The translations under genes were made by a program, and so were the position numbers. Of a stretch of DNA of 64,000 nt, positions 25,719 to 58,879 are shown piece by piece. Each line of letters begins with the position of its first letter. The first letter of the stretch is position 1. The notes under the pieces were generated by a model. The model was not told the origin of the DNA. It saw only the letters and a list, made by a program, of their open reading frames with translations, and did not search any database. The stretch lies in the NCBI GenBank assembly GCA_002269645.1, contig NIVC01000188.1:98674-162673 (forward strand), read 5' to 3'. This stretch comes from Macrostomum lignano. Lineage: Eukaryota.

Positions 25719-27741
25719 TCAAAGCTTGGCCCCCTGACCCCGCTCCAAAGCAGCGGAACCATACCGCCGATACAGCGTCACAGCGCAGCTGGACCCCAAG
25801 CCGAAATTGTGCTGCAGAGCCCACCTATTCGAGTCGGTCTCATCCAGAGCTGGCACCTGTCTTCTACCAGCCAGGCCTCGATGCTGCCAGCTCATCTCGG
25901 CGCACTGAGCAACTCCGCTGGCGCCGAGCGGGTGTCCTTTCGACATCAGACCGCCGGACGGATTAACCACCTGCCTGCCAGTCAGGTACAGAGATCCGTC
26001 ACCGTTTAAGCTGTCAATCCATCTACCGGAACTGAAGTACTGCTGGGCGAAGCCTTTGTCAGCCAGTCCAAGCGCTTCGTAGAGCATGAGCTCGTTACTA
26101 GCGAAACAGTCGTGCAGCTCAACCAGGGCCAGCTGCTCTTTGGGATTCAGCCGCTGTCTATGGTAGATCCTGCTCGACGCCACTCGAGCTTGAGTCAGTC
26201 CGCACAGGCTCGAGTATCCTCCACTATTTGTGTCGGAGAATGTGTCGGAAAAGTCGCTGACTAGTTCTTGATCAACCAGCTCGGTGACTGGCAATCGTCT
26301 GTTGGACCACCACGACTCTGTTGCCATGACAACTGCTGCGGCTCCGGTTGCCACCGGGGCGCAGAAGCTGACGCGAATTGGTGGCGAGAGCAGTGGAGCT
26401 TTGAGCAGGTCGTCGGCCGACTTGGGCGCTCTCGACAGCATCGCTCGGGGATTCTGGGAGCCGTGCAGGCGAGACTTGAATGCCACCGAGGCCAGCAGCT
26501 GCTCGGAGGTGAGGGCGGCCGACCCGCTGATGTCGCGGTATTCGGAAGCTGCGCCGGCGAACATTCGAATCTGTGAGATTTCCGTTTGAGTGGAGTGAGA
26601 GATTTCCGTGTGAGTGGGGTAAGAGATTTCCGCGTGAGTAGGGTGTGAGGTTTCCGTCTGAGTAGAGTGAGAGATTTCCGCGTGAGTAGGGTGAGAGATG
26701 TCCATGAGAGTAGGGTGAGAGATTTCTATGAGAGTAGGGTGAGAGATTTCCGTATGAGTAGGGTGAGCGATGTCCATGAGAGTAGGGTGAGAGATTTCCA
26801 TGAGACTAGGGTGAGAGATTTCCGTGAAATTGGGGTGAGAGATTTCCGTATAAGTAGGGCGTGAGATTTCTTAATAATTTAACGTGAACTCCAACATACG
26901 CCATGAGATTCCCAGCACACAAGCCATGACATTCCCAACACACAAGCCATGAGATTCCCAACACACAAGTCAGCATGAGATTCCCAACACACAAGCCATG
27001 AGATCCCCAACACACAAGCCATGAGATTCCCAACACACAAGCCATGAGATTCCCAACACACAAGTCATCATGAGATTCCCAACACACAAGCCATGAGATT
27101 CCCAACACACAAGCCATGAGATTCCCAACACACAAGCCATGAGATTCCCAACACACAAGCCATGAGATTCCCAACACGCAAGCCATGAGATTCCCAGCAC
27201 ACAGGCTATGAGATTCCCACAGAACTCTCACTACATCGCTAGTCCACTGCGACATTCCAGGCGAGCAGGGCTCTCTGTTTCCGCCCAGCGCTCCAATCCG
27301 ATCGCAGTGCCGTCCCACTGGGTCGGGTCGGTCAGTATATCGCCTGCTCAAACCTCCGCGCTCCATCTGCTCAAATCCCAGCACGAGAACCGGACCCGGA
27401 TTAGCTCCAATAGTGGAATTAGCAATCAGAATAGCTCTGGCGAGAGCGATAGCGCTGCTACCAGATGAGCAGTTATTGTTGACATTGAACACTGGGACTC
27501 CGGTCAGGCCGAGTCTGTAGGCCACTTGCTGACCACAGGCTGGATCTCCGTAGCAATAGCTGGCAACTACAGCGGCTACACTGCTGTACTCGATGCCGGA
27601 GTCTCGTAGAGCTTCAGCGGCAGCCTGCTCTGCTAGTTGATCAAATTCATAACCTGAACTGTCGTTTGGGGATGCTTGAGGTCGGGTGAACCGGGTCATG
27701 CCGGCTCCCGTGATGACGATTCGAGGCTGCTGAGCCATCAT
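25719..27741 (-). CDS. SCP2-type peroxisomal thiolase (SCPx thiolase domain only, DAF-22-like), 2 exons (27232-27741, 25719-26570), ~453 aa
   Basis: GLTGVPVFNVNNNCSSGSSA (catalytic Cys), VELHDCFASNEL, VNPSGGLMSKGHPLGASG, LQHNFGLG, C-terminal AKL. Donor GTA|GTGAGA and acceptor ctcacag|ATT join SDV-IRMFAGAA in phase 0. Confidence 0.92.
26575..27225. repeat. Two adjacent ~23-24-bp minisatellites filling the thiolase intron
   Basis: (gtgagagatttccgtgtgagtagg)n at 26575-26870 and (catgagattcccaacacacaagc)n at 26900-27220. Confidence 0.93.
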
Positions 27742-27924
27742 CGATTGCGATATCGCATATAGAATTTATGTATGCGAATTAGTTTTAGTCAGCAATTTTC
27801 ATTAATTGAAATTTATAAAATCAATTGTTTTGGGATTGAATAAGATCGAAATGGGTCAATACAAATAGGTCACTCAATGTGAGTCAACTTGGATCAACGT
27901 GGGTCGACCTTAGTCAATGTTAGT

Positions 27925-28290
27925 TTATTTAGGGCAATTCAGGACTTGGTAGGTCAACTTGGGTCAATTTAGGACTTGGTAGGTCACCTTGGGTCAATTT
28001 AGGACTTGGTAGGTCCACTTGGGTCAATTTAGGACTTGGTAGGTCACCTTGGGTCAATTTAGGACTTGGTAGGTCAACTTGGGTCAATTTAGGACTTGGT
28101 AGGTCAACTTGGGTCAATTTAGGACTTGGTAGGTCAAGTTGGGTCAAGGTGGGACTTGGTAGGTCAACTTGGGTCAATTTAGGACTTGGTAGGTCAACTT
28201 GGTTCAAGGTGGGACTTGGTAGGTCAAGTTGGGTCAAGGTGAGGCTTGGTAGGTCAAGTTGGGTCAATTTAGGAAAACTTGGGTCAATGT
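27925..28290. repeat. 30-bp minisatellite (gggtcaatttaggacttggtaggtcaactt)n
   Basis: Direct reading. Confidence 0.93.
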
Positions 28291-28772
28291 AGGTCAATTT
28301 TGATCATAGCTGGTTCATTCGGGTTAGTCTAGTTAAATTTTGGTCAATGTAGACCTAAATTTAGGTCAGTATAGACAAGGCAAAAAATAGGTTAATGTGT
28401 TAGAGGTCACTTTAGATCAAGGATAAGTAAAATTTCACATCAAGCTAGTTTAAACAAGTCCAATAAATAATGAAACAGTGAATCTCGGATAACTTAATAG
28501 TTGACTCTAAAAAATAGCCTTGTCAGTTAATTAAAACATGTTTATTGTTAATCTTCACAATCGCAAATAACCGGAATAAAAATAGTTTTAACTGGAAAGT
28601 GCAAAACTAGCTGCAGCCTAGAAGGAAGAAGATAAATGTTATAATAAAGTTCTAAACTGTGTATTAGAGTGTAAAAACTAAGTGAAAGATTTATTTTTCT
28701 AGGGAGACTTCTAATTGGATATTATTACTCGTAGTCTAGTTTTTTATAGAAGTTCATAATTAGTCAATTTTA

Positions 28773-28889
28773 CAGCTGTGAGTTAAGTGTCTTGCTTAAG
28801 GACACAAATTGTTCCTAATCGGTCGAGAATCCAACCCCCGACCTTCAAGTCGTGAGTCCGACGTTCCAACCACTAGGCTACAACCACCT
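28773..28889 (-). mobile_element. tRNA-derived SINE, truncated second copy
   Basis: Reverse complement ggttgtagcctagtggttggaacgtcggactcacgacttgaaggtcgggggttggattctcga...aacaatttgtgtccttaagcaagacactt matches 11880-12050. Confidence 0.8.
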
Positions 28890-29042
28890 GCAAGCGATCG
28901 AGCACACTACCACAACCAGAATAAAAGCTAAGCAAGCCACTAGGAGAGCAGCACTAGAAATATAGTACAGATTTTTTGTACAAATTTCTATTATCGCATT
29001 CGCTTCATACTACTTTATTGTAGGTGTTCTTCATTTTCTTTA

Positions 29043-50293
<21,251 letters not shown>

Positions 50294-50573
50294 GTCAATT
50301 ATTTAATATAATAATCTGTTTGATTTTTAGTGACCTACTAGTGTGTTCATTTGTTAGCATGCAAAATATTGTTTAAAAAAATCACAATTAGTCATTTGGC
50401 GATAGGTTTGAATAGAATTTAGCTAGTCGTTAGGGCTTGGTGTTTGTGAATATTAATTTTTGATCTTGCGTCAGATTTTATAATGTTGAAATTGATGTGT
50501 TTCTTATGGATCACTTTTTTTGCTTTTCCATCATGTGCAAAGCACTATATAGATGTCAATATAGCAAATTTAG

Positions 50574-51035
<462 letters not shown>

Positions 51036-51085
51036 AGGTTTAAACCTTGGCCTCTTTTACATTGAGGTTGCGATAGGAGCCTCAA

Positions 51086-51783
51086 AAAACCGATTCTTGG
51101 TTGTGAAATTACCGATTCTTATTTTGCCAAAGGACCGATTCTTAGCTTGCCAAAGGACCGATTCTTAGCTTGCAAAAGGACCGATTCTTAGCTTGCAAAA
51201 GGACCGATTCTTAGGTTGTCCAAAGGACCAATTTTTAGGTTCTCCAAAAGACCAATTCTTAGGTTGCCAAAGGACCGATTCTTAGGTTGCCAAAGGACCG
51301 ATTCTTAGGTTGTCAAAGGACCGATTCTTAGGTTGGTAAAGGACCGATTCTTAGGTTTGTAAAGGATCGATTCTTAGGTTGGTAAAGAATCGATTCTTAG
51401 GTTGGTAAAGAACCGATTCTTAGGTTGGTAAAGGACCAATTTTTAGGTTCTCCAAAGGACCGATTCTTAGGTTGCCAAAGGACCGATTCTTAGTTTGTCA
51501 AAGGACCGATTCTTAGGTTGCCAAAGGACCGATTCTTAGGTTGTCGAATGACCGATTCCTAGGTTGTCGAATGACCGATTCTTAGGTTTTTCAAAGGACC
51601 GATTCTTAGCTTGCCAAAGGACCGATTCTTAGGTTGTCCAAAGGACCAATTTTTAGGTTCTCCAAAAGACCGATTCTTAGGTTGCCAAAGGACCGATGCT
51701 TAGGTTGCCAAGGGACCGATTCTTAGGTTGTCAAAGGACCGATTCTTAGGTTGGTAAAGGACCGATTCTTAGGTTGGTAAAAG
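51086..51783. repeat. 23-bp satellite, left part, interrupted by the hAT element
   Basis: Same unit as 41135-43030. Confidence 0.95.
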
Positions 51784-53099
51784 CAGTGGCGTACGCAGGG
51801 GGGGGCCGGGGGGCCGCGCCCCCCCCCAATCGCCCGCCAAAAAAATTACGCCCCCCACAAAAATTGCGCACCCCACAAAAATTGCCCCCCCCCACAAAAA
51901 TTGCCCCCCTCCCCACTAAAATTGCGCCCTCACAAAAATTGCCCCCCTGACAAAAATTGCGCCCCCACAGTTCCACTAAAATTGCCCCCTCCCCAGGGAG
52001 TGGCAGAGCCTAATATTTTAGGGGGGCACTGGGCACAGGGCAAGTGGGCACAGCACAGGTACCTTTATATAAGCTGCTAATAATTAGGGCCTAAAATATC
52101 AGAAAAGGCACTAAAAATTACCGCCCGTGCGGTAAACGTGCCCCCGGTGCCGTAAGCTCCCGCCGCCTATCGATCCCCGCACAAAAATTGCGGCCACACA
52201 AAAATTGCGCCCCCACAAAAATTGCCCCTTAAAAAAATTGTGCCCCCACAAAAATTGCGCCCCTCCAACAACGAAACGATGGGGTATAAGCTCGATGAAT
52301 GATAGGGGCGCCCACCTAAGGGACACGGACGCCCATTTAAGAGACAAGGGCGCACTGTAAGATACAGGGTGCCCACCCACCAAACGACAGGCGCCCACGC
52401 CCCACCAACAGATAGTTAATTTTGTTTTTGTAATAAGTGCGTATAAATGAAACAAATATCATGAAGGTATGACTAATCAGTTTGAAAAGCTACCTATACT
52501 AAATGTAGATTCTAATCATTTACTGAAAATTCTTCATTCCATTAAGCAGAAATAACTTAATTTTTAAGAACTTCGCAAATAACTAGCTGTTCAATTCTCG
52601 CTTTCTATATGCATGCTTGTACTTGGCGTCAGTCAGAATGTACACATTTTTCTAACATCAATTGAATAAGTTTGGCAAATAGACAACTCTCCACTGAATT
52701 TAATCAACCCATTCTCTACTGATAAACATGTTAGCTAAAAAGCTCTCCGCTGTACATTAAAATCGTGTGCATACCCTCACCACATGAAGCAAACCGTCTC
52801 CCGTCCATTATCGATCGCGCGGGGTTGAGTTGAGAGAGAGGAGGTAAAACAAGGACTGCCTGCCCCCCCCCCCAACGCCCTAAGCCCTAAGAGCTACGCT
52901 TGAAAGTACGTAGAAAGAAAGTACTATGATGAACGTACGCTTACTTGTAAATAAAAGCGTCTGTGTTTGACTCATTCACGGAATATTCCTTATGCAAAGC
53001 AAAACCAAGCAAATAAGCTTTAAAAAAACGCATTAATCCAATTCAACCTATCGAATCGAGAATGCATTTGAGAGCGTAGTCGGGACTCTGGACGGATTC

Positions 53100-56000
53100 A
53101 TGTCGACAAAAAGAAAATTATCTGGAGCTGAAGGTAGAAGAAATAAACGTGCTCGATTGCTCAAAGACAGCGCAAAGGAGAGCGCCCAGATCCGACAGTA
53201 TTTTTCAAGTCGTTCAGATGATAAAGGCGACAAGGCTACACAAGCCATCACAGCTGCTTCAAGCACCGCCCTCTGCGAGCAAGTTAATCCAACCGCTTCA
53301 GCTGCCGCCCTTGACATCGGCGGCGCCCCAGACAATCCAACCGCTTCAGCTGCCGCCTTTGACATCGGCGGCGCCCCAGACAATCCAGCCGCTTCAGCTG
53401 CCGCCCTTGACGTCGGCGGCGCCCCAGACAATCCAACCGCTTCAGCTGCTGCCCTTGACGTCGGCGGCGCCCCAGACAATCCAGCCGCTTCAGCTGCCGC
53501 CCTTGACGTCGGCGGCGCCCCAGACAATCCAGCCGCTTCAGCTGCTGCCCTTGACGTCGGCGGCGCCCCAGACAATCCAGCCGCTTCAGCTGCCGCCCCT
53601 GACGTCGGCGGCGCCCCAGACAATCTAGCCGCTTCAGCTGCCGCCCTTGACGTCGGCGGCGCCCCAGACAATCCAGCCGCTTCAGCTGCCGCCCTTGACG
53701 TCGGCGGCGCCCCAGACAATCCAGCCGCTTCAGCTGCCGCCCTTGACGTCGGCGGCGCCCCAGACAATCCAGCCGCTTCAGCTGCCGCCCCTGACGTCGG
53801 CAACGCCCCAGACAATCCAGCCGCTTCAGCTGCCGCCCTTGACGTCGGCGGCGCCCCAGACAATCCAGCCGCTTCAGCTCCAAGCGCTCTCTTCTCTAAT
53901 GTAAGCACAGCTTCACTTTGTGGCTCAGCTCTTATCATTGAAGACAGAATTCAGTCACAGCACTTTGTCGCTGAAAATGACATCGGTCTTGCTGTTAAAC
54001 TAAGTTCAATTAATATCGAAATTCGACGAAAGTTTTTTAAACCGTGGGTGCCGAAAAAGCAAGAGCATTTTCCATTTTCAATGCATCGATGTCAAGGACG
54101 TCAGAGAAAACGAAAAATTATGCCCAGTCATCTTGAAGAGTTTCCCTGGCTATCTGTGAGCCGAGTCTCTGGACTTGAAGGCGTATTTTGCACCCCATGT
54201 GTATTATTTTCATCAGCAGCTGGAGTTGGAGGGCGCTCTCATGGGGGTGGACAAATGCCTGGCGTATTAGTTATGAAGCCACTACAGCGTTTTGACGAAC
54301 TCACTGGCAAGAGTGGACACCTTAGTTGTCACGAGAAGACCGCTTTTCATCTAGCAAATGTAGAAAAAATGAAGGAGTTTGAGAAGCGCACATTATTTGG
54401 AGAAGAAACCAACGACATTCGCTCCCAAATTGAGAAGACGCGTCAACAGCAAATCAGTAAAAACAGGGAAATTCTTATATCAGTGATTGACACAGTGCTG
54501 ACATGCGCAAGACAAAATCTCAGTTTGCGTGGGCACCGCGGAGAAAATCAGCCTTTATTCCCAGAATCAGACAATTCTCAAGAGGCAGAAGAGCCAAAAG
54601 TCAATGATGGAAATTTCCGAGCGCTTTTACGATTTCGTATTCGAGCTGGGGACAGTGTCTTGGGAGCACATGCTAGACAAGCATCGTTAAACGCGACATA
54701 TTTTTCTCCTCGAATTCAGAATGAAACTTTGGATGTCGCGTTGCAACTTATTCAAGAAAGAATTGTCGCTCGAGTTAGGAATGCTATGTTCTGGGCACTG
54801 ATTGTCGATGAAACGATGGATGTACAGAAGAGGGAGCAGCTGGTCATCGTTGTTCAATTTGTAGAACAAACTGAAGATGGTGCTTTTCAGCAATTCGAAG
54901 AGCCAGTTGCAATGCTAGATGTTGTTGCTGATATAGCTGAAAATTATGATGGATGGGAGAATTTGCGACTCAGTGGTGCGAATATTTCATCCGCAATTGT
55001 CAGGCGCCTATGCACTCTTGGACTTGATTTGAATCAGTGCGTAGCACAATGCTACGATGGTGCCGCTGCCATGGCGAGTGAGAGAATTGGAGTTGCTGCT
55101 TTTATCCGCAAAGAGGCCCCTCAAGCGGACTACTTTCATTGTATGGCTCACTGGTTGAATTTAAGCGCAGCAAATGCCATTAAGGTCCAGATCATCAGAA
55201 ATTCCATGGGAGTCATTCAAGAGGTTGTAGCAGGCTTCAAGTCAAGCAGCAAAAGGACTACTTTGCTCAAACGTCTAATACAATCAAATGATCACGAAGT
55301 TGAAACGGCAAAGCGGCATCTCATTAGTTTGTGTGAAACTCGATTTTTGGAGCGCCACACCGCTGTCGTCACCTTTCGATTGCTTTTTCCTTTCATTGAA
55401 CAAGCCTTAGAAGAAATCAGCTCCTGGCCAGGAACCGATGCTGCTCGCTCTGCAGCTTGCCACCATTCAGCTATTTTGAATTTGGACTTTATTGTTGGGA
55501 TGATTGTCCTTGAAACCTTGGCCAGTCTTCTGCTGCCTGTTTCCCGAAGACTGCAATCATCTAGCAGCGAACTGGTAGAAGCTTTAGCAGATGTTCATCA
55601 TGTCCTGGCTGAACTGGAAGAGCTTCAAAGTGAGGTGCGATTTAGAGAAGTATTCTCTAAAGTTGAACAGCTCGCTGCAGAATTTGATATCGAAGTAAGG
55701 CCGCCAAGAATTCGCTCTGCACGAGAACATTTTGCATTTGCAACTACAAGATCCCGGCAACCGGTGTCGGTAACAGCTGAGCAGCATTACAGAGAAACGG
55801 TTTTCTATCCGGCAGTAGCAGCAATCATATCAGATATCAAACTGCGATTTGATGCTCCACAAAAGCGTGCCTTCAACTTGACGCTTCTGATACCAAAGTT
55901 TTTTCACGAAAAGCTTGTTGACATGGAGGAGCAATGGAGTAAAGTGCAGGAAGCTGTGCTGAAGTACAACTGCCAACTTACAGACCCACCTTCAGTGGTG

Positions 56001-56339
56001 AAGCAAGAGTACCTGCTATGGCGTCGACAGTGGGCAGCAGTGTCGACGCGAGACCGTCCTGGGTCAGCACTTGAAGCATTAAAGACTTGTAGCGTGCATA
56101 AATTTCCAAACATTCAGCGACTACTCATGATCCTGGCTACTCTTCCAGTCTCAACGTGTGAGCCAGAGAGAGTTTTTTCCAAGCTAAAAAGGACTTTAAC
56201 TGTTGAGCGCAGCACAATGGGAGAGGATCGCCTGCAATCGATTCTGCTGCTCCAATGCCACCGTAGCGCTTGCCCAGCTCCTGAAGAAGTTCTTCAAAGG
56301 TTCGCGTCGCAGCCCAGACGGATAGAACTTTTACTTTGA
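53100..56339 (+). CDS. hAT transposase (ZMYM1/THAP12-like, TTF-type Zn finger, hAT dimerisation domain), 1,079 aa
   Basis: FPWL...GVFCTPCVLF, LRGH, DGNFRALLRFR, LIVDETMD, QCYDGA, HCMAHWLNL, LCETRF, LPVSTCEPERVFSKLKR...RSTMGEDRL. Confidence 0.95.
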   Translation: MSTKRKLSGAEGRRNKRARLLKDSAKESAQIRQYFSSRSDDKGDKATQAITAASSTALCEQVNPTASAAALDIGGAPDNPTASAAAFDIGGAPDNPAASAAALDVGGAPDNPTASAAALDVGGAPDNPAASAAALDVGGAPDNPAASAAALDVGGAPDNPAASAAAPDVGGAPDNLAASAAALDVGGAPDNPAASAAALDVGGAPDNPAASAAALDVGGAPDNPAASAAAPDVGNAPDNPAASAAALDVGGAPDNPAASAPSALFSNVSTASLCGSALIIEDRIQSQHFVAENDIGLAVKLSSINIEIRRKFFKPWVPKKQEHFPFSMHRCQGRQRKRKIMPSHLEEFPWLSVSRVSGLEGVFCTPCVLFSSAAGVGGRSHGGGQMPGVLVMKPLQRFDELTGKSGHLSCHEKTAFHLANVEKMKEFEKRTLFGEETNDIRSQIEKTRQQQISKNREILISVIDTVLTCARQNLSLRGHRGENQPLFPESDNSQEAEEPKVNDGNFRALLRFRIRAGDSVLGAHARQASLNATYFSPRIQNETLDVALQLIQERIVARVRNAMFWALIVDETMDVQKREQLVIVVQFVEQTEDGAFQQFEEPVAMLDVVADIAENYDGWENLRLSGANISSAIVRRLCTLGLDLNQCVAQCYDGAAAMASERIGVAAFIRKEAPQADYFHCMAHWLNLSAANAIKVQIIRNSMGVIQEVVAGFKSSSKRTTLLKRLIQSNDHEVETAKRHLISLCETRFLERHTAVVTFRLLFPFIEQALEEISSWPGTDAARSAACHHSAILNLDFIVGMIVLETLASLLLPVSRRLQSSSSELVEALADVHHVLAELEELQSEVRFREVFSKVEQLAAEFDIEVRPPRIRSAREHFAFATTRSRQPVSVTAEQHYRETVFYPAVAAIISDIKLRFDAPQKRAFNLTLLIPKFFHEKLVDMEEQWSKVQEAVLKYNCQLTDPPSVVKQEYLLWRRQWAAVSTRDRPGSALEALKTCSVHKFPNIQRLLMILATLPVSTCEPERVFSKLKRTLTVERSTMGEDRLQSILLLQCHRSACPAPEEVLQRFASQPRRIELLL
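53289..53878 (+). repeat. 48-bp coding minisatellite (PAASAAALDVGGAPDN x12) in the transposase N-terminus
   Basis: Direct reading, in frame. Confidence 0.97.
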
Positions 56340-57201
56340 AGTGTTAGCTATTGTTTTAATTTGCGATCCTAGCTCGTACGAGTACGAGCCGTCATATACT
56401 ATTGTAGTAGGTGCCATTTACCGGATCTTATGTATTGACATTTTCCTGCTTTGCGTATTCTGTGTATTGACATTTTAGCAAGCTGTTCAAATAGGCTTAT
56501 TTATTACTTCCACAGATACTTGTTATATACTTAGTTGATTTCCAAGAAATAATGGGTGACTGGGTGTAGTAAAACAAGTTCTTTGTCATTTTGCGAGGCT
56601 TCTAGATCATTCTATTCAATGAAAACTGCTTTAAAAAATCTGCAAGCATGGACGATAAAAGTATATGTGCAGTGTTTTCAGGAGTTGCCTATTATATTTG
56701 GACATTTATTTATGTTTCTTTAAAAAGTTTCTATAGAAGTGTCTGTGCAAAATTCGGCGAATGTTTCATACCTTTCTCATTACTCTGAAACTTTTCATGC
56801 TCAAATTTAATGAAAATTTCTCACATCGTAAAACGACTTTCCCATGCTATGAGTTTTTTTAATCTGTCAGTACAAAATATTGTCTATATTTGCATGTGAG
56901 TTTAGTTATTGTACTTAACTTTTGCGCGCATTTGAATCGATTCTGATTGATGCCTTGAATGCCAATTTCGCGGTTGTTCCTACGTGATCATACATAAAGT
57001 CCAATAAACAAATTAAGCATAATAGTTATTTTCTAATAAATAAGTACAAGTCGAAATACAAAAGTGCTCAAATTGTTCAATATTCATGATTTAAATTTTA
57101 AGCACGCAACATTGGCAAATGGCGCCCCCACAAGACACCCAACATTGGCGCCCCTAAGGATTGCGGCCCCCCCCCAAAACTAAATCCTGAGTTCGCCACT
57201 G

Positions 57202-57385
57202 GGTAAAAGACCGATTTTTAGGTTGGTAAAGGACCGATTTTTAGGTTGGTAAAGGACCGATTCTGAGGTTGGAAAAGGAGCGATTCTTAGGTTGTCAAAG
57301 GAACGATTCTTAGGTTGTCAAAGGACCGATTCTCAGGTTGTCAAAGGACCGATTCTCAGGTTGGTAATGGACCAATTCTTGGTTT
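57202..57385. repeat. 23-bp satellite, right part
   Basis: Continues after the TSD. Confidence 0.93.
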
Positions 57386-58788
57386 GGTGAAAGATAGATT
57401 TGTTAGGTTTTTTAAAGTTCCATTAAAAGTAGGCCTATAGAATTATCATGAAAATTTTAAAAATAAATAGCGACTACAAACTAACTATCACAATTAAAAG
57501 TTGATTGTAATTCCATTTGGTCATGATATTACAATTTGTTATTGTGATCATGGCCAAAACTGAAGCCTAGTGAGTAGCAAAGGATTTGTATTAACTAATA
57601 TTTGTTCTCTGGAATCTATTATATAGAAAATGAAAATGTTTTGCTATGTATTAAAAGCTATAAAAAGTATTACCAAAGTTGGACATCATTTCAAAATAAT
57701 AAAAAATACTCTTGGTGCTTTAGCCTTGGCTTTAACATAACATAAAGTAAATTTTTATTTATTAACCCTCAAATGAAACTTTAGAATCTATGAACCTCAT
57801 ACTAATTTCAAGCATGCTAGAAAGCATTCAAAATTTTGTTCTTATCATGGTTGAAAAATTACTTTAAAATTAAATGAGGTTGGCCAATATGGCAATAATT
57901 TATAAAAAAAGGTTACAACTTTACAAGCTTATACTAGCAGAATATGTCCAAAACCTAAATTTAATCTAAAAAGTATGAGTACAAAATTCTCCTTAAACAA
58001 TAAACAATGCAATAGGTCAAGTAACTTAGCCAAGTTGTTCATTCAAACTACAAGCATTAACATAATAAAAGTTCATAATATGATAGTTTTAATATTTTAA
58101 ACTCGAGTATGTCATTATACTGGTATATGGTATAATTTGACAACTATTTAAGACTCCGAGACAAAGAGAAATTCGCTTTTATTCCCACATTCAATACAAA
58201 AAGAGCAGAGCATTTCAATTCGATCCCACATTCTACAACATTATAAACGGTGACTTAGGTCTCTACCAAAAAAGCGAATAAAGGTTAAAAAATAAAAAAA
58301 ACTGTTTAGATGTGTAGACGAGCAAATAAAGGTATAGCAGTCTCTTATTGCCTTTCTTTTAACTATATAGCTAATACTTTAGGCTAGACTAGTTTGATAG
58401 ATACTTTTCTTGATTCTTGTGTGGGCAATTTTATTAAGTTATCGTTCTTAGGTTAAAAAATTGTTTGGGTTAAGTACGGTTTTAAACAAAATGAATTTAT
58501 ATGGACTGCATAATCAGAAAGCATATGCTATAACTCACGTGACGGAGTGTAAACCAGTTAAAAGAAAAATATTTCTGAGATAGAGGTTAACTACATTCTG
58601 AATTTTTACCTCCGGCTGAAATGTTATATGCACTGCTTACACTCCTTGAGTAAAGCGCTACCTATATATATGCATGTAGTTTCCCCATTGAACACCATTG
58701 CGAGTTTGTGTAGTTTTCCCCTTTAGGAAGTGTGACACGGGTGCCGGCTGATAAATAATAAACTTTCACGAAGGGTTCCAGACAGAAT

Positions 58789-58879
58789 CAAGGACCACTG
58801 TACATGTATAATAGTATAGCTACATGTATAGCTATAGCTACACTGTATATCTGTATAAAACTATATACAGTGGTCCTTG
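58789..58879. mobile_element. Miniature inverted-repeat (MITE-like) element
   Basis: Perfect 14-bp inverted termini caaggaccactgta / tacagtggtccttg; flanks gacagaat / cacagaat. Confidence 0.55.

Larger units (their letters stand above)
51784..57201 (+). mobile_element. Full-length hAT DNA transposon (5,418 bp)
   Basis: Imperfect TIRs cagtggcgtacgcagg / cagtggcgaactcagg (reverse complement of right end); perfect 8-bp TSD ggtaaaag at 51776-51783 and 57202-57209; subterminal cccccacaaaaattgc repeats. Confidence 0.95.

Noticed and set aside
26806-27741. Thiolase as two separate ORFs or a frameshifted gene
   Set aside because: One GT-AG intron (26571-27231) joins the two halves in phase
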